Source of the DNA: Blastocystis sp. Blastoise
Taxonomy: Eukaryota; Protista; Bigyra: Opalinata
Direction: 5' to 3'
Assembly (NCBI GenBank): GCA_039096225.1
Contig: JBBPEB010000011.1
Coordinates: 1-64,000, forward strand
Length of the DNA: 64,000 nt
Part shown: piece by piece, positions 57,767-64,000 of the stretch
Position numbering within the stretch: the first letter of the stretch is position 1
How the letters are laid out: every line of letters begins with the position of its first letter
Program-made: the position numbers and the translations under genes
The notes under the pieces: model-generated
Told to the model about the DNA's origin: nothing
Seen by the model: the letters and a program-made list of their open reading frames with translations, nothing else
Database searches by the model: none

Positions 57767-58347
57767 GATTTTGTATCTTTATCCAAAAGAGTCTAAGAGT
57801 AACAACAAAGACACTGATGAAAGAATATATTTCCAGTTAATTGTTTGGTTGCTGTTCTCCTCTTTTCTAAAAACAAAACCCCTAAATTAGACGATAACTT
57901 CCGTGGTTTTATTGACAATACTGAGGACTGGCTTTACAAAAAGTCATGTGGTAGAAAATGGATGGATTCTGTTTTTGATATTTATCCAGATTATATTTTT
58001 ATTTTTTATGAATAACTCAAATTAATGACATAAATATCTATTTTTTGATGTATAAAAGTATCTAATTTAATTTTAAAACATACTAATATACACTAATGTA
58101 CTTGATTTGTCCCATTTGTAAGTATTTTTCATGCTTAATATCATTATTATATAAAATAATTTCTGAGAAAACTTTTTATTTATTTTTTTGTGCATGTGCA
58201 TCAACTGAAATCATTAATATATTGAAAAATATGCCTTTAAAAAAAGATTTATAGTTAAAAGGACAAAATATATATTGTACGATTATGAAGTCGATTAAAG
58301 AATAGAGAGATAGATATAAATAAATAAAAAAGTAATAAATGTAATGT

Positions 58348-60672
58348 TTAAAGACTACCATGTCTCTTTTTAATTCTTTTTTCTTCTTCATCAAGATCTT
58401 CTTCTAATGTTCGTTTTGCTAATTGAGGATGAGGATCATTCTTTCGAAAGACATAATTAATATATTCTGTATCTTTATCTGCAGGTTTTAATGCTTGTTT
58501 AATTAATGCTTCACGAGGATCTTCAGCTATATATATATAAATATTATTAGAAATATAATAATAACGAATAATAATATAGAATAATAATGATTGTTATATA
58601 TATTTAAATAGATATATAGAATAGAATTATATAATTATCTATAGAATAATCATATATATCTGTCTATTTAATATATATATACTGACATCTCGAACATAAT
58701 CTGCTCCGAATTGATTATATTCTTTGTCCGCTAATACCGAGAGAGGTGTGGCGGGCATCTTCGTCAATCCCTCAGGGAGGGAAGGACCTGGAAGAACGTC
58801 GGGAGTAGGGTGAATAAGTTGAAGACGTTTCTGATTAAGACTATATTATGAATAAATAGGATATTATATATATATTATATATATTATATACTATTATATA
58901 CTGTTATATACTATTATATTATATATTATATATATTATATACTATTATATACTATTATATTATATATTATATACTTATATTATATTACATATATTATATT
59001 ATATTACATACGTTTTTCCCTTAGGTTGGTAAACGCCATCGACAGCCCAGGCGGCAGCGTCCTCACGGCCAAAGTGCATCTCTTCCTTCTTTGTAGTCTA
59101 TATATAGAATGATCATTATTATTATATAATATAGAATACTTATTAATATTCATAAGAATAAATATACATATATAGATATATATATACAAACATATATGAT
59201 ATATATATATAATATAGAAGAATAGTACTACAACTATAAATAGATATACAGTTTTGGTAGAGCTAAGAATGAGTCCTTTTTTACTATATTGTGGATCATA
59301 ATAACCCATCATAGATCCATCAGTCATTCCCACGAATATTTGATTTAATGGAGAAGACCATCGCACACCTATTATAGAGTTCGTCTCTGATATCTCTTTA
59401 GTATAACTAGATATGATGATATATATATATATAGATATATAGATGTATTATATTTCTATTTTGGTATATATAAATGTATAGATATATAAGTATATATATA
59501 CATTGGCTCATTAGTATTATTATTAACATCGAAAAACAGAAGTTTTGCTTTTTCTTGGGATTTTGGAGGAATAATTGTACCTACATATATAATTATACAC
59601 TTATATAAAGAATAGATTTATTCAATGTTTTTGTAAACATATATATTATTATTATTATAAATTTGTATTCTATTTATTAAAATTGTATAAAAACATATAT
59701 ATGCAGCATATATATAATAAGCATACATACCTGTTACAAATATTCCTTGAGAAGGACCGAAGGAAGTATTCGCTACATCGTGAATAGTATATATATTTGT
59801 ATATATATGCAAAGGCTTCTATATATATATATATATATATATAGATCATTAAAAAATATATATGAGAATTGAATTTATATTTATATTTATAGTTTATAGA
59901 TATATACTGTTAATTTACGACTATCCCAAACACGAACACAATCATCCTTTCCACGTGACACAAGAAGTCGATTACCAATAGAATACTGAAGACTTGTAAT
60001 ATCCCCCATGTGAGCGTCAAATACAACTCGATTTGGGCGGGAATATGTAGCTCGTTGATCAAATATTTGAATAGATCCATCAAGAGTACCAATAGCTAAG
60101 GATTTCCCATCATCAGTAAAACAACATGTTGATGCAGGAGTTTTAAGACCTCTCTTATTCTTCGTACGAATGATATTAATTGACTTAATTTCATCAAAAT
60201 TCTTTGGACCATAAACATCCCAAAAACGTACAGAACAATCGACACTACAACTTACAGCTTTTTCAAGTTCAACAGGATTGAATTTAACATCACGAACATT
60301 ATTTTGATGACCACAAGTCTTGCTTGCATCAAATAAATAAGGATCTCCTTTAACACATTGAGATACTTTTCGTAATTCACGATCATAAAAAGCTGGTTTT
60401 GAATCTGAAGTAGCACAAAAAAATAATTCACCTGTTTTATTATAATCTATGCTAACGACTGACTGATTCTGAACCAAAATTGATTCTCTGAATGGCTTGT
60501 GATCACGATACATACCATTAAAATCATAGAGTCTTAAGTAACCATCAACAGTTCCTGTTGCCATTCGAGCACCACTAGGATCAAGACTCATACAATTGAT
60601 TCCTCGCTTCACATTAGGAAATGACTCTTCATTAGAAACAGGAATTTTGAATTGTTCTATCACTTTATCCAT
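58348..60672 (-). CDS. WDR70: WD repeat-containing protein 70 (Gad-1 homolog), multi-exon
   Basis: DPSGARMATG..YDFNGM...KPFR, CVKGDPYLFD..KTCGH, SRGKDD and EDPREAL. Confidence 0.88.
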
Positions 60673-60735
60673 TTTAACAGAATTTGTAAATTTTAAAAAA
60701 GAATTTCTATTGATTTTTTATTTTTTGTTTATCAT

Positions 60736-62042
60736 TAGAGATTTACTAGAGATTTACAAAAAACCGTATATGAATATATCACCGGGTTTTTTTTGAGAAA
60801 ACCGTATATACGGTTTTTTATTTTACTTATATCTCTTTTAATGTTTTTTTTTTATTGTTTATTAATTATGTATATTCATAAGAATTATAGTTGTAATAGA
60901 AAGAAACTTAGAAAAAAAAGAAACAATTCCATTTGTTGACATTGTTCACAAAGTATCTTCGAATTTATTGTTTACTATATTATGATAATGTTAATTATGT
61001 TATGTATATATGTAAAAACTAATATTGTTGAAATACTCATGATATAAGTACTATTTTATAAGCAATTAATTATTTAATTTGATATTTTTTATACTATAAT
61101 ATTTCTCCTTTACTATAAATGTTATTTAATACACAATAAACTAATAAAATCAACATTTGATGAGCTTTAAAAAACTACATATTCTGTGAAATGTTTTTAA
61201 TATCTCTCAGATTAATGTGATCTATCATGTCAACATCTTTATAAATAATTACACATCATAAAATATAACTGATATTACATTTTCACTGATTGTACATTGA
61301 TTCTATTTTTATTTGACTCATTAATAGTAGTAATGATTCATTTATACTTTATATCTCTCTATATAAATATTTCATGCTTTTAATATAGCTATAACTAGTA
61401 TTTAAGAGAATAAAAAACATCATTCATTTTATGATAGATAAATTTCAATGAAATTATAATAATATTATAAAATACATTGAGAAGTGATGATATATATCAT
61501 ATTATGTAATTATTTATAATATAGAGTCAAATATAGCCGATAATGTAAAAAAATGTTATAGTCACGGATTCATTGTATTTCCAAAAGAAGTTACTTCATT
61601 TTATATTGATAAACGCAGATTAGAGTATTGAATAAGAACAATTAACTGATTCAATCAAAATGGACAAAAAGTGATTACTATCAATAGAGTTTAATCTACC
61701 CATAACTTGCTTGAGATTATCAGAAACAGTTATTATATGTTTGTAATATGACTAGATTAAGCTTAAATCTCTTTATTGTCTATATAATCTAATTAATAAT
61801 AAAATATTTCTAAAAGAATATCAAGAAATAACTTAAATATATGAATAAGCCTGATATAACACTTATAAAACAAAAAACAATTTTAAAAAATTAATATTTG
61901 ACTTTATATAAGTAAAATAAAATTCATATACGGTTTTAAAACCGAATATGGAATTTTGACTGAGAAATGAGAAAACCGTATATACGGTTTTCTCAAAAAA
62001 AAACCGGTGATATATTCATAGACGGTTTTTTGTAAATCTCTA
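60736..62042. mobile_element. Non-autonomous hAT-type DNA transposon, element 1 (~1.3 kb)
   Basis: About 70-bp terminal inverted repeats (TIRs) starting TAGAGATTTAC (60747-60817 vs 61972-62042, about 2 mismatches). 8-bp TSD TTTATCAT at 60728-35 and 62043-50. Subterminal AAAACCGTATATACGGTTTT palindromes. Confidence 0.9.
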
Positions 62043-62049
62043 TTTATCA

Positions 62050-62728
62050 TAGAGACTTGCAAAATTATTCCCGCGGGAATTTTAAAAATTGCACTTCTTA
62101 AATTGCACTTTTTTTATTTGAATTGACAAAAATGTATTATTGCCACAATTAGCTATATGTATGGTTGCTATGCTCTAGTCTTGATCAGTATATCTGTAAT
62201 AGTGTGTAATTGTTTCATTTTTAAAGGAATTAATGTTCTTGTGGCACTTTAGCAGAAAATATTAGACATTCCATTTACAAAAGTCTTTTTAAATGGTCTT
62301 AAAGATTGATATATGAAACTAAAATGCATTCTTAGTGTTTCTAGTCATATACAACTGAGAATTATAAAAGTCACTGTTAAATTATAACGAAATTAAGTGA
62401 TTATCCTTCAAATTATTTTATGTGGATTTATCTAACATTTTATCTTTCATTATTATCTAGATTATATATAAAGCATCTTAGATATGAAAAATAATATAAA
62501 GAAGAAAATATGACAACACATTTCCCCATTCATTTCCATAAAAATTGAAATTTAATTTTTTTTTACCAAATTCAATTCGATACAAGACATCATTATAAGC
62601 TCATTTATGAAGGTTCCACTTGAAACAACCTATTTAAACCACTTAATTGTGGCAAAAGTTAAAAAATTGCACTTTTTTTTTTGTGACCCTAAAAATTGCA
62701 CTTTTTACCCGGGAATGTCAAGTCTCTA
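62050..62728. mobile_element. Non-autonomous hAT-type MITE, element 2 (679 bp)
   Basis: TIR TAGAGACTTG/CAAGTCTCTA. Subterminal AAAATTGCAC occurs twice at each end. 8-bp TSD GTTTATCA at 60727-34 and 62729-36. Confidence 0.85.
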
Positions 62729-63653
62729 GTTTATCATTATGTAACGAATATATGATGTTATTATATTTTAAAAAATACGCATTGTAAATCAATGTTATAT
62801 ACTGGCATGTATCTATTTGTACTAACTTTTTATATCTTAAAGTAATTTCGTTACACATCATTTGCTTTTTTTTAATAATTCATACTCTCTTTAGTCATTT
62901 TATGCCTTATTATGTCAATCCTAATAAGAAACTATTTTTAAATTTAAAATTCATGTTTTATCCAATTCTTACATTTTTGTATTCTTTATTGTTATTAAGT
63001 TTCTTAAACTTCTTCTATCATCTCACAATAAAATAAACTACAATTGTTTATTTAATTGAAATATATTTTTTTACGATTCATAATGACTCGTAATATACAA
63101 TAAACTATAATTATAAAAAGTGACAATAATGCGTCCCATATTGAAATTTATTTGAATAACACGATATCTTGAACATTTTCATTCCACAATAGTTCTTTGT
63201 GTACTATCTCTAAGAACTTTTTTGATAATCATCACTAATCCTACTTATAGAACACATAATATCAATTTATAAATAGAAAAAAATGCATTTGTTAATTCAA
63301 ATATTATGAAAACTATACGGTTTGAATTCTTTTTTTTGGTTCGATTTCTTCCAGCTATCTTGTGTTTTTCTTCTATTTATTTAATTGTAATCTCTTCAAT
63401 TTCTATTAGAAATACTTTTCCTTTATTTAACTAACTAAGGTATAATTATATATTCATTCTTAAATTACTTTTTTTACAATTATGTTGAGATAATTCAGTA
63501 TTGATATGATTTTTAAAGTTAAAAACGATCTCATTTCATATCCTCAATATTGTTGAATCTAATATTTATATAAATGATATATGTTCTATAGAATTCACTG
63601 TTCCTATTGTAAACAAAGTTTTCAAAAACTCAGATATCTGAAACCAATCCAAT

Positions 63654-64000
63654 ATGGAATTCAATTCTCAATCGAATGATCAACAAATATATTCTATGGA
63701 TTCATCATTAACCTCAGTGTATCTTCTTTTTCATTTTTATTACGTATATATAATATATATATGAACTATGCATAGAAATAAAAATAAAGAGAATAAATTA
63801 ACTTCAGACTCAGAAGAACTTGTATAGAATATATTTTTTTATTGTGACTATAGTCTTAATTAGACAATGAATCCAGTTCAATCGACTCAATCTAATTCTT
63901 CAAATCTCATATATGGTTCTTCTTTAAATATGGATATTAATAAAAAACAAAATGAAGAAGAGAATTATTCATCTGGTTTATGGACCAAAGAAGAAGAAGA
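63654..64000 (+). CDS. 5' part of a probable MYB/SANT-domain protein, truncated by the window end
   Basis: Three in-frame exons MEFNSQS...|...SEEL|TMNPVQ...SSGLWTKEE. GxWTxEE opens a MYB repeat. Confidence 0.6.

Noticed and set aside
61500-61760. Possible transposase remnant on the minus strand of element 1 (ITVSDN...M)
   Set aside because: Short, interrupted by stops and not convincingly alignable by eye; needs tblastn or an HMM search.

Overview
Very AT-rich, gene-dense eukaryotic genomic DNA. It is intron-rich (roughly 120 spliceosomal introns by manual count, mostly GTATAT...TATAG and often filled with microsatellites). Gene content and style suggest a protist, possibly a Blastocystis-like stramenopile; this is inference only. 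I reconstructed about 21 protein-coding genes by hand: TM9SF, TSR2, M3 peptidase, SAL1/HAL2, AP4S1, a PTEN-C2-PH protein, a WD40-like protein, an FYR/AT-hook giant protein, PPWD1, PCC1, an unknown membrane protein, a small protein, EXO1, MED10, fibrillarin, a HELLS/DDM1-like helicase, two divergent HSP20s, a 3R-MYB, WDR70 and a partial MYB. Most short ORFs in the supplied track are exon fragments or repeat artefacts. Main highlights: (1) three well-supported AT-AC minor-spliceosome (U12-type) introns, two in one MYB gene, with a variant TTCCTTCAT branch signal, plus two other non-canonical junctions; (2) a divergent HSP20 pair on a palindromic heat-shock-element promoter, one carrying a metallothionein-like (CxC)4 insert; (3) two nested non-autonomous hAT-type elements whose insertion order can be read from their target-site duplications (TSDs); (4) a dispersed GC-rich palindrome ATTCCC(GC/GT/AC)GGGAAT inside exons and at a transposon end; (5) an intron made purely of (TA)n.
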